Shown: piece after piece, positions 39,186 through 49,190 of the stretch
Numbering within the stretch: position 1 is the first letter of the stretch
Layout: each line of letters starts with the position of its first letter
Assembly: GCA_049598575.1 (NCBI GenBank)
Contig: JBMYNT010000002.1
Location: forward strand, 699-64,698
Origin: Candidatus Poseidoniaceae archaeon
GTDB lineage: Archaea; Thermoplasmatota; Poseidoniia; Poseidoniales; Poseidoniaceae
Direction of reading: 5' to 3'
DNA length: 64,000 bases
Notes under the pieces: generated by a model
Databases searched by the model: none
Seen by the model: only the letters and a program-made list of their open reading frames with translations
Told to the model about the DNA's origin: nothing
Translations under genes and position numbers: made by a program

Positions 39186-40124
39186 TCAATGAACGTTTTC
39201 TTCAAGCCACTTTTCTGCATCGATAGCGGCTTGGCAACCCATTCCCGCTGCGGTGATGGCCTGCTTGTAACGTGTGTCGACAACGTCCCCTGCTGCAAAG
39301 ACTCCATCTACCGAAGTCATGGTGTGAGTCTTGTGAATGATGTACCCATTTTCATCCGTTTCAACTTGTCCACCAAGGAAGTTTGTAATCGGTTTGTGAC
39401 CAATGGCAATGAACGCCCCGGTTGCAGCAATCTCTTCGGTCGACCCGTCTCTTGGATCCTCGAGGACGGCTCCAGTCAGCCCCTTCTCATCACTGAGCCA
39501 TTCCTTGACTTGACGGAAGGTTTTGATCTCAATCTTTGGATGGTTTGCAGCACGTTCGTACATGATGGTCGATGCTCGGAAGACATCTCGGCGATGAACC
39601 AACGTAACTTTTGAAGCAAATCGTGTGAGGAAGGTTGCTTCTTCACAGGCAGAATCTCCACCACCAATCACGAGAACTTCCTCTTCTCGGAAAAAGGCTC
39701 CATCGCACGTTGCACATGTGGAAATGCCTCGTCCTTTTTGCTGCGCTTCACCAGGAGCATCAAGCCAAATGGATTCTGCTCCAGTACAAACGATCAGCGA
39801 ATGTGCAAAGAAATCCTCGCCTTCAACGATGACCTTGAAAGGTCGAGAGGACGTGTCAACGGATTCGACGTTCTTGTCGTGAACGTTCAAGCCAAATCGC
39901 TCTGCTTGCTCACGAAGTTGCATCATCATTTCAGGACCACCGATACCTTCCGGATAGCCGGGGAAATTCTCGATATCGCTTGTGAGCATCAACTGGCCGC
40001 CAGACATGTATCCAGCGAACATGAGCGGCTCGAGCATAGCTCGAGCTGCGTACAAACCAGCAGTATATCCAGCAGGTCCAGAACCGATAATGATGACATT
40101 GTGAACATCCGACATTTGACTCAC
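39186..40124 (-). CDS. trxB: Thioredoxin reductase
   Basis: GSGPAG, GGQL, CATCDG, GGGDSA, HRRD, FAAGDV...QAITAAG. Confidence 0.95.
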   Translation of the reverse strand: MSQMSDVHNVIIIGSGPAGYTAGLYAARAMLEPLMFAGYMSGGQLMLTSDIENFPGYPEGIGGPEMMMQLREQAERFGLNVHDKNVESVDTSSRPFKVIVEGEDFFAHSLIVCTGAESIWLDAPGEAQQKGRGISTCATCDGAFFREEEVLVIGGGDSACEEATFLTRFASKVTLVHRRDVFRASTIMYERAANHPKIEIKTFRQVKEWLSDEKGLTGAVLEDPRDGSTEEIAATGAFIAIGHKPITNFLGGQVETDENGYIIHKTHTMTSVDGVFAAGDVVDTRYKQAITAAGMGCQAAIDAEKWLEENVH

Positions 40125-40224
40125 TCTTTGACCAACACCCCGATGGACTTGAACGTTATCCCTGTGTTTTCTCGAGCGAACTGTCGGCTAAACACCTATG
40201 TATCACGTTGAAGGTATGTACTTC

Positions 40225-43200
40225 ATGAGCAGGCGGTTGGTATTCTTCTCTTGCCTAATTTCTTTCCTGTTCGTATTCGGCGCATCTCATTCTTTGTGGC
40301 ATTTTGAAACTCTCGAGCAGCCTGACCTCATCATGCCAACCGATTCGCGAAATGCAGTTCACGAAGGTGAATGGGCAGCATACAAGCAAACACCTGTACG
40401 GACTTATTGCGAAGACGGCTTTGCCTACGATAACCAAAATGATTTGATTGCTATACCCGAATGCTCAGGATATTACTCAGATACAATTGACATAACGATT
40501 CGACATAATTCTGACTGGAGTACAGTTATTCATACAATTGAAACGAATTTCGACCAACTCATCTTCTTCGAATTTTCACCAAACGGCAAGTATTTTTTAG
40601 CTCTTGAAGCCGAAATAGCGATCTTCAGAACATCGGACTGGACACAAGTCTTTGCCGGGGATATGTACGAAACCGATGGGAGTTATTATCCAGCATACGA
40701 TGTTTCATGGTCAGGCGACGGTGAACGGTTGGTCATTTCAAATGGCAACAATGGTGGGAAAATGTATGAAGGACCAGATTGGACCGAGGTCACTGGTACC
40801 ACTTCAAACGGTTACTATGTCGCCCACCATCCTACAGAGGACACACTGTGGTACATGACTCGAGAAGGCGCTATCAGTGAGTATGAACTGCAAGATGTTC
40901 CCCTTGTTGGGAAGAGTTGGGTTCAAGTTCAAAATTACAACGCTCAGTACAATCAAATTGGACCAATGACAATCAGCCCCGATGGAGATTGGATTGCGGT
41001 TCACTCAAGTTATGATTCAATTGTCGTTTTCACGACTTCATCATTCGATGTTGAACTCACTACTGATGGGCTTTTCCCTGTTTTTTCTTCCTCGAATACA
41101 CACCTTTTGTTTCAAACATATTCAGGTTATGAAATCTATTCTTCACAATGGTGGTCAAAAACAAGTGGAATAGATGAAAGCCCGGGGAGCCGGTATTACC
41201 CATCCCATGCGTTTTCTTCGAACGATGATGAAATCATCACGTTTACTGATGGCCGATATTACGGAGATTTTTCGCTCACTGGCATCAAACCGGATTCTGA
41301 TGAAGATGGTGTCGTTGACGATGCAGATGCATGCAGTGACACGCCAGAAGAAGAAAATTCCGACACCAATGGTTGTGCTCCAAGTCAAAAAGATACGGAT
41401 GAAGATGGTGTAAACGATCGAGATGATGTTTGTCCCAAAACACCGCTCTCTTCTTCTGTTGACACGACTGGATGTTCAGAGGCTCAACTGTTGGATTCAG
41501 ATGAGGATGGCGTGTCGGATTCTGACGACCAATGCCCAAACACACCAGTTGACGAATACGGTAATATCCATGGTTGCAGTTCGAGCCAAAGGGACGTAGA
41601 TGGCGATGGTTTCTCAGATTTGATCGATACGTGCCCGCTTCACGATGTCGAAGAATGTCCCAACGTCATTGCATGGGAACCTGATATTGAACCTGTAGAG
41701 AATACAGACGACTATCGTACGCCAGTCTGGTCCTCAAACAGTGACTACTTCGCAGCGATTGAAGACGCAGACACGGTTCATATCCTTGACACTGATTTTA
41801 CGCTGAAATACGAAATCATCAATCAACTGATGGACACGTATTACTCAGATGTTTTGTGGCTTCCGGACGGAAATTCGATTCTTCTCTTGTGGTCGAATTC
41901 CACCTATCTTGACTCCAGTTGTGGATACTCCATGTACCTTCTCTCAGACATAGAAAATCCGACTCACAACACAATAAGCACAAACTGTGATTATCTTCGA
42001 TCATATGCAATCAACCCTTCTGGTGACGAACTTTCCGTGTCCATTTTTTCGTATTATGACTACTCTGGTAAATTGATTACCGTAGATCTCAGCACTGGAG
42101 CCCAGGTGTTTGAGAATGAGGATTATTTTCCCCAACAGATGGAGTATTCCCATGATGGTACTACACTCATCGGATCTTCGTCTGGCTCGATTCTTATGTG
42201 GGATACCACCGATGGCTATCTATTGAGAAGTAAAAATCTCGATTCAATATCGACGTTTCACCAATCACCAGATGGGGATTGGCTCATCGTATCGACCGAT
42301 GACGAAATCAAGCTTTACTCGTTCAACACGCTCATTTTCAAAGACGCTCTTCCGGTGGAGAGAACGACCGCTGAAGACTCTTACACATCGCTGGACGGCT
42401 TGTCTCTTTCTCGGAATGGAAATCTCATCTATGCCTCAGTTTACGAATCACACTATACTTCAGAAGGGACGTTCAGAAATGTTTCATTGCAGACCTACAT
42501 GATTACAGACTCGAATGAACTTGAATTCCTTAAGGAATCAACTCCTGTAAATGAATCGAGATGGATGGTTGCATCGATTTCACCAGATGAATCAATGGCA
42601 ATTGTACGCATCAACTCGGTCGATGGATATACGCTTTGGAATAGAGATTCGGATGGAGATGGGTTGATTGATTCAATCGACGAGTGTCCCGGAACCAACT
42701 TCAACATTGAAGTCAATGAACGTGGATGTGGCGGAGATCAACTCGATGATGATGGCGATGGCTTGGCCAACTTCGAAGATTTGTGCCCTGATTCCCCTGA
42801 TGGGATTGCCACTGATGAGAACGGTTGTACGGATCAACAGGTAGACGAGGATTTCGACGGCGTCTGCAATCAAGACGCTCCGAGCAAAGGCCCGTCAAAT
42901 TGTTCAGGTAGAGACCAATGTCCTGGCAGTTTATCTGGAATTGTTATCGATTCCAACGGTTGCGGTTGGGCTCAACAAGACAGTGATGGCGATGGCATTG
43001 TGAATATAGATGACCAGTGCGAAGACACGGAAATTGCCGGCGATGCGGATGAAAATGGCTGCGACCGAAAACAGCGTGATTCCGATTCAGACTCAGTGAA
43101 CGACTACTGGGATGATTGCGAGGCTACGCCGGGTGGAGAGCTTGTCGATGAGGCCGGTTGTTCTGATTCTCAAGTAGATTCGGATGCAGATTCGATATGC

Positions 43201-43776
43201 AATCTCGATGCTGCTGGCACAGGGCCTTCAAACTGTACCTCAATTGACCGATGTCCGAACACTGGTGTGAACGAATCTGTTGATGAAAATGGATGTTCAT
43301 GGAATCAGAGAGACGATGATGGGGATGGAATTATGAACAAATTTGATCAATGCCCAGGAACGTTAACAGAAGCGGTCTCTCCGAATGGATGCTCAACATG
43401 GCAAATGGATTCAGATGGTGATGGCGTGTATGACGCCAACGATGAGTGTGCAAATACAGGTGCCAATCAAATTGCCAATGCAAAAGGCTGTTCTGATGAA
43501 CAAAACGAATTGAAAGGAGCAGGTTCCGTTGAGAATTTGCTCACATCAAACATGCTTGTCTGGGTTGCAGGTCTGGTCGTTGTCGTATTGATTGGATTGA
43601 TTATGATGCGACGAAAGGAGAGTGATGGCTTTGAAGAGGATCCATCGATTGAATATCCACAATATGCGACACGTGGCGCAATGCGTGATGGCATGGAATG
43701 GATTGAACATCCTTCAGGTAGCCAACAATGGTTCTATCGAGATCCATCAACCCAGCAATGGGTTCATCGAAAATAA
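40225..43776 (+). CDS. Large surface protein: two WD40-like beta-propeller regions alternating with thrombospondin type-3 repeats, C-terminal TM
   Basis: FSPNG/WSGDG/ISPDG/YSHDG blades; many D-S-D-x-D-G-V-x-D-x-x-D-x-C-P repeats; TM followed by RRK. Confidence 0.8.
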   Translation: MSRRLVFFSCLISFLFVFGASHSLWHFETLEQPDLIMPTDSRNAVHEGEWAAYKQTPVRTYCEDGFAYDNQNDLIAIPECSGYYSDTIDITIRHNSDWSTVIHTIETNFDQLIFFEFSPNGKYFLALEAEIAIFRTSDWTQVFAGDMYETDGSYYPAYDVSWSGDGERLVISNGNNGGKMYEGPDWTEVTGTTSNGYYVAHHPTEDTLWYMTREGAISEYELQDVPLVGKSWVQVQNYNAQYNQIGPMTISPDGDWIAVHSSYDSIVVFTTSSFDVELTTDGLFPVFSSSNTHLLFQTYSGYEIYSSQWWSKTSGIDESPGSRYYPSHAFSSNDDEIITFTDGRYYGDFSLTGIKPDSDEDGVVDDADACSDTPEEENSDTNGCAPSQKDTDEDGVNDRDDVCPKTPLSSSVDTTGCSEAQLLDSDEDGVSDSDDQCPNTPVDEYGNIHGCSSSQRDVDGDGFSDLIDTCPLHDVEECPNVIAWEPDIEPVENTDDYRTPVWSSNSDYFAAIEDADTVHILDTDFTLKYEIINQLMDTYYSDVLWLPDGNSILLLWSNSTYLDSSCGYSMYLLSDIENPTHNTISTNCDYLRSYAINPSGDELSVSIFSYYDYSGKLITVDLSTGAQVFENEDYFPQQMEYSHDGTTLIGSSSGSILMWDTTDGYLLRSKNLDSISTFHQSPDGDWLIVSTDDEIKLYSFNTLIFKDALPVERTTAEDSYTSLDGLSLSRNGNLIYASVYESHYTSEGTFRNVSLQTYMITDSNELEFLKESTPVNESRWMVASISPDESMAIVRINSVDGYTLWNRDSDGDGLIDSIDECPGTNFNIEVNERGCGGDQLDDDGDGLANFEDLCPDSPDGIATDENGCTDQQVDEDFDGVCNQDAPSKGPSNCSGRDQCPGSLSGIVIDSNGCGWAQQDSDGDGIVNIDDQCEDTEIAGDADENGCDRKQRDSDSDSVNDYWDDCEATPGGELVDEAGCSDSQVDSDADSICNLDAAGTGPSNCTSIDRCPNTGVNESVDENGCSWNQRDDDGDGIMNKFDQCPGTLTEAVSPNGCSTWQMDSDGDGVYDANDECANTGANQIANAKGCSDEQNELKGAGSVENLLTSNMLVWVAGLVVVVLIGLIMMRRKESDGFEEDPSIEYPQYATRGAMRDGMEWIEHPSGSQQWFYRDPSTQQWVHRK

Positions 43777-43839
43777 TCCTTCTAGGACTGAATTCGGCCT
43801 TGTGCTAAAATTTAATTCACAATGCGTTGAGGTCGCATT

Positions 43840-44385
43840 ATGGATGTCGCCTCACACTGGTTGATGGGTTCGGGTGCGGCGAATGGACGTACGAAATTCT
43901 GGGTTGCTGGGTTGATGGGCGTCCTTCCAGACCTGCTTGTTTTCATTCCGAACTCCTTCTTTTTGGATGAGCGACCTGAAATTGATGAAAATACGGTCAC
44001 TGCTGATTTTGGATGGTACGCATGGGAAGCATACCAAGTCACGCATAGTCTCATTTGGGCGACGATTGGGTTCTTGTTTACGTGGATTTTCTTCGAAAAG
44101 CGAGGCGTTACCCAACGGTTGTTTACCGATCATTCCCTTTCAGCACGCAATGCTGCAATTTGGCTATGGCTTCCTTGGTTCATCCACATCTTTAACGACA
44201 TACCAACGCACACTGCCAAATTTTTTCCTACACCGTTTTTGGCTCCGTTCAGTGACATTCGAGTCGATGGATATCGATGGAGCACCCCTTGGGTATGGTT
44301 CACGAATTTAGCGATCATCATCGCCATTTGGTCATACGTGTTCTACAAGAAACGAAAGCAATCACTCATCGAGGAACGGGCGTAG
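43840..44385 (+). CDS. Membrane-bound metal-dependent hydrolase-like protein (YdjM-like)
   Basis: SH..., GVLPDL, THSL, HIFNDIPTH motifs; TTTAAT box 23 nt upstream. Confidence 0.65.
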   Translation: MDVASHWLMGSGAANGRTKFWVAGLMGVLPDLLVFIPNSFFLDERPEIDENTVTADFGWYAWEAYQVTHSLIWATIGFLFTWIFFEKRGVTQRLFTDHSLSARNAAIWLWLPWFIHIFNDIPTHTAKFFPTPFLAPFSDIRVDGYRWSTPWVWFTNLAIIIAIWSYVFYKKRKQSLIEERA

Positions 44386-44763
44386 TGCATCGACTGCAGC
44401 TGTTGCATGTGGTCCAATTCGAGGTCCAACATGCTCGGGTAATGCACCAGGACCAATGATGCCCAAACCGATTGGTTTGTTGTGAACCAATTGCAATTCG
44501 AGGATGGTTTTGAGAACGCCTTGACCCATGACAAGCCCGTGGTCCGTCTCGCCCTTTTCGATGATACCAAGGCAAAATGCTCCATCGATCTCCTCGTTGG
44601 CTAGGACTCTGTCAAGCGCTAGTGGAATCTCCATACAACCAGGAACTTCGATGACATCGACGATGTTGTATCCCAAATCCTCTGCTTGTGAGGTTGCGAT
44701 TTGCAGCATTTTATTCATCTCATCCAAGTGGTACATTGCGCACACGGCTACGATATCTGGCAT
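44362..44763 (-). CDS. ribH: 6,7-dimethyl-8-ribityllumazine synthase
   Basis: VPGCMEIP, LGIIEKGETDH, KPIGLGIIGPG. Confidence 0.9.
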   Translation of the reverse strand: MPDIVAVCAMYHLDEMNKMLQIATSQAEDLGYNIVDVIEVPGCMEIPLALDRVLANEEIDGAFCLGIIEKGETDHGLVMGQGVLKTILELQLVHNKPIGLGIIGPGALPEHVGPRIGPHATAAVDALRPFLDE

Positions 44764-44765
44764 GT

Positions 44766-45365
44766 TTATTTCTCCTTCATCATTCGTTCAACGGTTTCAA
44801 CAACCATCATGGTGGTTGAATCGATTTCAAGATTGACTGCATCTCCAACTTGCTTCTCACCGATGGTGGTCAGTCGCAGTGTTTCAGGAATCAAATGGAG
44901 ATCGAAATGGTCTTGTGAGACATCACCAATCGTGAGGGAAATGCCATCAATACCGACGTATCCCTTGCTTACAATGTATTTTCGAACGTCGGGTGGAGCG
45001 ATGATTGAATACTGAGCACCATCGCCAACCCGTTCCGATTTACTGACAAGACCTCGACCAATGATGTGTCCTGAGAGCAAGTGGCCTCCAACTTCATCCC
45101 CGTATCGCAACGATCGCTCAACGTTCACGTGATGTCCTTGCTCAAGTTGACCAAGAGTTGTCTTTTCAAGTGTTTCAGGGATGACATCGAATGAGACGAT
45201 ATCATCGGTAAATGCTGTCGCTGTTAAGCAAACACCATCGATGGAGATACTGGCTCCAATGTGCAATCCTTCCGTTGATGGGACACGGATTTGGAGGGTT
45301 GTGATTTCGTTTCCACTTTCTATAGAAACGATTTCACCTTTCCCTTGGACGATACCGGTGAACAT
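44766..45365 (-). CDS. ribE: Riboflavin synthase, bacterial-type (alpha chain)
   Basis: N-terminal MFTGIV, GVCLT, VNVERSL, GGHLLSGH, DGISLT, VNLEID. Confidence 0.93.
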   Translation of the reverse strand: MFTGIVQGKGEIVSIESGNEITTLQIRVPSTEGLHIGASISIDGVCLTATAFTDDIVSFDVIPETLEKTTLGQLEQGHHVNVERSLRYGDEVGGHLLSGHIIGRGLVSKSERVGDGAQYSIIAPPDVRKYIVSKGYVGIDGISLTIGDVSQDHFDLHLIPETLRLTTIGEKQVGDAVNLEIDSTTMMVVETVERMMKEK

Positions 45366-45805
45366 CAGAATTCACCTCCCTTTGCTCGCTCAACGATGCG
45401 AGCGATGATCTTCCGAGTTCCATCCAAATCGTCGCTTAAGCCTTCAACTCGGACTACTTCGATCGAGGTGAATCCTCTCTCTTCCAATGCAGTTCGAATT
45501 CGATCTTCAGCGTGTTCTTGGTCGTATCCCAAAGCGATAATGGATGGTTGAATCTCAGGTAGGATATCAAAGATAGGAACGTCGGGAGAATTACCAATGC
45601 AAGCAACATCGACAGGTTTCAAACCTTCAACCATGCGTCGACGAAGGTCCTGATTGGTCACGGGTTCATGCTTTCGCTTCCGGACGGTATCGTCATGAGC
45701 AACGACCACGGTGAGGTGATCTCCAAGGGCCTTTGCTTGCTCAAGATAGTGAAGATGGCCTGCATGGAGGAGGTCAAAAACTCCTACAGCCATGACCTTT
45801 CTCAT
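45365..45805 (-). CDS. ribL: Archaeal FAD synthase
   Basis: GVFDLLHAGH, VVAHD, IALGYDQ; rib operon context. Confidence 0.85.
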   Translation of the reverse strand: MRKVMAVGVFDLLHAGHLHYLEQAKALGDHLTVVVAHDDTVRKRKHEPVTNQDLRRRMVEGLKPVDVACIGNSPDVPIFDILPEIQPSIIALGYDQEHAEDRIRTALEERGFTSIEVVRVEGLSDDLDGTRKIIARIVERAKGGEF

Positions 45806-45846
45806 CGTGTTCACCCGTATCGAGCAGAGGAATCATGTTCTTGAGA

Positions 45847-46554
45847 TTACCCATGCAAGGCTGCAATGACTTCTGCACCTTCCAAGAATGGAATTCCGCG
45901 CTCTGCTGCCCATGCTCGAGCATCGGCTACTGAGAGAGCTCCGTCTCCATCCGGCTGCAGCATTTCCGCACCGATAACAACAGGTGTCAATCCAGCGAGA
46001 CGAGCGATGCCGACTGCGAGTTCGGTATGACCTTGACGTGTCAAGAGACCACCTTGTGATTCACGGCACACGGGAATGTGCCCAGGTGTTCGGAATTCTG
46101 CACCCATCCGTCGCTGCGCCTCAGCCTCACTGAGTTCATCATCGAATACGGTCGCAGTGAGTTCTGCAAAACGACGGGTTGTGAGTGCTCGGTCGTGATC
46201 GGTAATGCCTGTGTATGTATCTCGGTGATTCAACGACAGCGTAAATGCTGATCGTGCGTCGTACCGCAGGTCGTTCGTCTTCAATTCAGCCAAGACAGGA
46301 TATTCTGCAGTCAAGGCATCGTGCGTGTGTAGATCCTGTAAAAACGGCAACCCGAAGGCTTGACCAACGTCGTGTCCGATGGCCAAAAAGAGAAGCCCTC
46401 CACAATCTTGACGGAGTTGTCGCATCGTTGCAGGCTGTGCAAATGCTGCAGGGAAGAGAAGGTCGGTTTCGCCCTCACGCTTATCAGAATCAAACAGGCA
46501 AACTGGATTACCTTGACGGAATGCAGCAATCGCAGCTTCGACAATTTCCGACAT
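45847..46554 (-). CDS. ribB: 3,4-dihydroxy-2-butanone 4-phosphate synthase (archaeal type)
   Basis: DSDKREGETD, TGITDHDRALT, FRTPGH, RQGHTE. Confidence 0.92.
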   Translation of the reverse strand: MSEIVEAAIAAFRQGNPVCLFDSDKREGETDLLFPAAFAQPATMRQLRQDCGGLLFLAIGHDVGQAFGLPFLQDLHTHDALTAEYPVLAELKTNDLRYDARSAFTLSLNHRDTYTGITDHDRALTTRRFAELTATVFDDELSEAEAQRRMGAEFRTPGHIPVCRESQGGLLTRQGHTELAVGIARLAGLTPVVIGAEMLQPDGDGALSVADARAWAAERGIPFLEGAEVIAALHG

Positions 46555-46678
46555 ATGTTGTCGTTTCGTTTCACCTTCATGAACCGTCGTATTGCACATT
46601 ATGTACAGATTTCCGGCAAACGTGTGACGGAAAGGGGTTAATGTAGGGAACGGCTTGGCTTGTATTCGCGGGGGTGGA

Positions 46679-47830
46679 ATGATGGGTGTGAAACTTGGTC
46701 CTGCTGGCGTACCTTTGTCCTGTAAAGGACGAACAATCGTCGAAGGAATGGACGATATTATTGCTCTCGGACTCGAGACAATGGAAGCTCAAACGGTTCG
46801 ATTGATTCAACCACAGCACTTCGAACAATATTGGCAAGCCGGTGTTCTCGCCAACAAGGCAGATTTCGAAATGAACATCCACGGACCGTACTATTCCGAA
46901 CTTCTTGGCAATCGTGTCGAGCGTGGACGATCGCTTGCAAAGGTCGAGGCAACATTGCAAGCAGCTCGAACCATCAACGCACGCCACATTACGCTCCACA
47001 CAGGTCATTACGGTGACTTTGGACGCGGCACGGCTGCCAATGAACAGGTTGCAAACATCTTCTCCAGCATCGTCGAACGTGTTCACGACATTTGGCATGA
47101 CGACGAGGATGAGTTCCCAGTCTTCCCATGGATCAAGGATGGGACACCATCCAAGATTGGTATTGAGACATCCGGCCGTCAAGAATTGTGGGGGAGTCTC
47201 GAAGAAGTCATCGAAGTCGTCAACCACGTTGAGGGTACCATTCCCGTCCTCAACATCGCTCACATTCACGCTCGTGGTCATGGTCGAATGAAGACGTCCG
47301 AAGACTACGGTGAGTTGTTCGACATGGTTCGTGAATCGATTGGAACCAAGGAATTCTATTGCCACTTCTCAGGCGTCGAGCACCGAACAGGAAATGCTAT
47401 GCATTACACACAAATCAAGAAGTCTGATTTGAATTTCGAGCCCCTTGCAGAATTCATCGTCGAGGACGGTGGATGGTTGGACATCACCCTGATTTCGGAC
47501 TCTCCATTACTGGAACACGATGCCATGTACATGTTGCAAAACATCGACAAATCGAAGCACAAGCAACTTGAACGGAAAGCTCGAGAAGATCGCCGTCGTG
47601 CACTTGCTGCACAAACAGGTACATCGGTCGAGGACCTCCAGCGTCGCGAGGAGGAAATGGCGAAACTTCGAACTCAAGGTGGCAAAGAAGAGCCTGCTGA
47701 AGAGGCGAAGCCAGAACCTGAGCCAGTCAAGGAAGAAAAGAAGCCAAAGAAGAAGGCCGCTGCTTCCAAGAAGAAAGAAGAAGAAGATGTCTTCTCCTTC
47801 GACGAGGAAGACGATGACGACTTGTTCTGA
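46679..47830 (+). CDS. Endonuclease IV-like TIM-barrel protein with charged C-terminal tail
   Basis: LGPAGVP, IHGPYY, LHTG, ETSGRQELWG, AHIHAR, HFSG, SDSPLLEHDA. Confidence 0.75.
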   Translation: MMGVKLGPAGVPLSCKGRTIVEGMDDIIALGLETMEAQTVRLIQPQHFEQYWQAGVLANKADFEMNIHGPYYSELLGNRVERGRSLAKVEATLQAARTINARHITLHTGHYGDFGRGTAANEQVANIFSSIVERVHDIWHDDEDEFPVFPWIKDGTPSKIGIETSGRQELWGSLEEVIEVVNHVEGTIPVLNIAHIHARGHGRMKTSEDYGELFDMVRESIGTKEFYCHFSGVEHRTGNAMHYTQIKKSDLNFEPLAEFIVEDGGWLDITLISDSPLLEHDAMYMLQNIDKSKHKQLERKAREDRRRALAAQTGTSVEDLQRREEEMAKLRTQGGKEEPAEEAKPEPEPVKEEKKPKKKAAASKKKEEEDVFSFDEEDDDDLF

Positions 47831-47920
47831 TTCGGTGAACCAAATCTTCTCAGAAATTGTCCCTTTCTCGCTCTCGTAGAGGGAATGCACATAAGGACAA
47901 AGAGTTCGAAGTCCCTAGTC

Positions 47921-48919
47921 ATGGCACACATTGCGGTGTTGGGATTGGGAAATTGGGGGACGGCTATTGCTCGTCTTTGGCTGCTTGAAGGTCACCATGT
48001 GAAAGGTTGGACCATTGAGCAAGAAGTGTATGAATCAATCACGATGGATGGGGTCAATCGCAAGTATTTGCCTCAACAATCTGTTGAAGGATTGGAGGCG
48101 ACGATGCATCTTGAAGAAGCACTTGATGGTGTTGAAATCGTTGTGCTTGCCATTCCTTCATCGGTGATTCTCAACGTTGTAGATGATATCATACCGTTTC
48201 TCCGTCCGGGACACGTTCTGCTCGATTTGGCAAAGGGACTCGCTCCAGGAAAGCGATTGATTTCTCAAGCAATTCATGAGGCTTTGAAGAATGCAAATTG
48301 CTCAAACCCGTTAGCAGTTCTTACTGGACCAACCATCGCTCCAGAAGCGGCCGGAGGCGTAATGACAACGGCATTGGTAGCCTCTGAGGACCTCTCTGTT
48401 GCTGAACGACTCGCAGAGACGCTCTCGACACCTACCTTGCTTTTGCACGCAGCTTCCGACCCTGAAGGTGCAGAACTGTGGGGTGCGTTCAAGAACGTCG
48501 TTGCCCTTGCATGCGGCCTTGTTGACGGGTTGAAGACCATCGGAACACTTGGTGGAGACAACCTGAAAGCCGCTATTTTCAGTGCAGGCTTCAAGGAAGG
48601 ATGCATTCTCTTACCACTCCTGGGGGCAAGGGCAGAGGTAGCTTTTGGCCCTGCTGGATTGGGCGATTTGTATGTCACCTCTACCTCACCGTTCGGACGA
48701 AACAGATCCATGGGTGAAAAACTTGGAACAGGAAAGACATTGGAAGAAGCTCTTGAAGAAATGACGATGGTTGCAGAAGGTGTTCGTGCAGCACGCATGT
48801 TCCGTGATCGAGCCATCGATCAAGGCATTGAAATTCCGTTTACAAAAGCACTCAACACGCTTCTCGATGGTGATATTGAAGCAGAAGAATGCTGCCGACG
48901 AATGGTTCTCTTGGGATAA
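47921..48919 (+). CDS. gpsA: NAD(P)H-dependent glycerol-3-phosphate dehydrogenase
   Basis: GLGNWGTA, AKG, GPTIA, KNVVALACG, GDN, GLGDL..TS...GRN, VAEGV. Confidence 0.92.
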   Translation: MAHIAVLGLGNWGTAIARLWLLEGHHVKGWTIEQEVYESITMDGVNRKYLPQQSVEGLEATMHLEEALDGVEIVVLAIPSSVILNVVDDIIPFLRPGHVLLDLAKGLAPGKRLISQAIHEALKNANCSNPLAVLTGPTIAPEAAGGVMTTALVASEDLSVAERLAETLSTPTLLLHAASDPEGAELWGAFKNVVALACGLVDGLKTIGTLGGDNLKAAIFSAGFKEGCILLPLLGARAEVAFGPAGLGDLYVTSTSPFGRNRSMGEKLGTGKTLEEALEEMTMVAEGVRAARMFRDRAIDQGIEIPFTKALNTLLDGDIEAEECCRRMVLLG

Positions 48920-48958
48920 GGCCGATTTCCTCATATGGAGGGATGGTATCCTCCAAGC

Positions 48959-49186
48959 ATGGCAGATGACAACGCCTCTGATTTGACCGAGTTTGAAGCA
49001 GGGCTTCTCGAGTGGTTGTGTGAAAACAACTTCCATGTTGAACCATGGTCAACACAAAAGGCTGCAAAGCAATTCTACGTTGAAGAGGAAGCCATCTACG
49101 AGGCAGTTGCTGCATTAACTCGAAAGGTCCCTCAACGCATTCAAGTGTTCTACAAGAACGGCGCTTTGCACATTGCAGCTGATTGA
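48959..49186 (+). CDS. Small hypothetical protein, possible winged helix
   Basis: 75 aa; LTEFEAGLLEWL...STQKAAKQF..EEEAIYEAV helices followed by a beta hairpin. Confidence 0.55.
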   Translation: MADDNASDLTEFEAGLLEWLCENNFHVEPWSTQKAAKQFYVEEEAIYEAVAALTRKVPQRIQVFYKNGALHIAAD

Positions 49187-49190
49187 AACA

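Noticed and set aside
43821..43839. AATGCG-N7-CGCATT inverted repeat before the hydrolase gene
   Set aside because: Six-bp arms are within chance expectation; no second copy noticed
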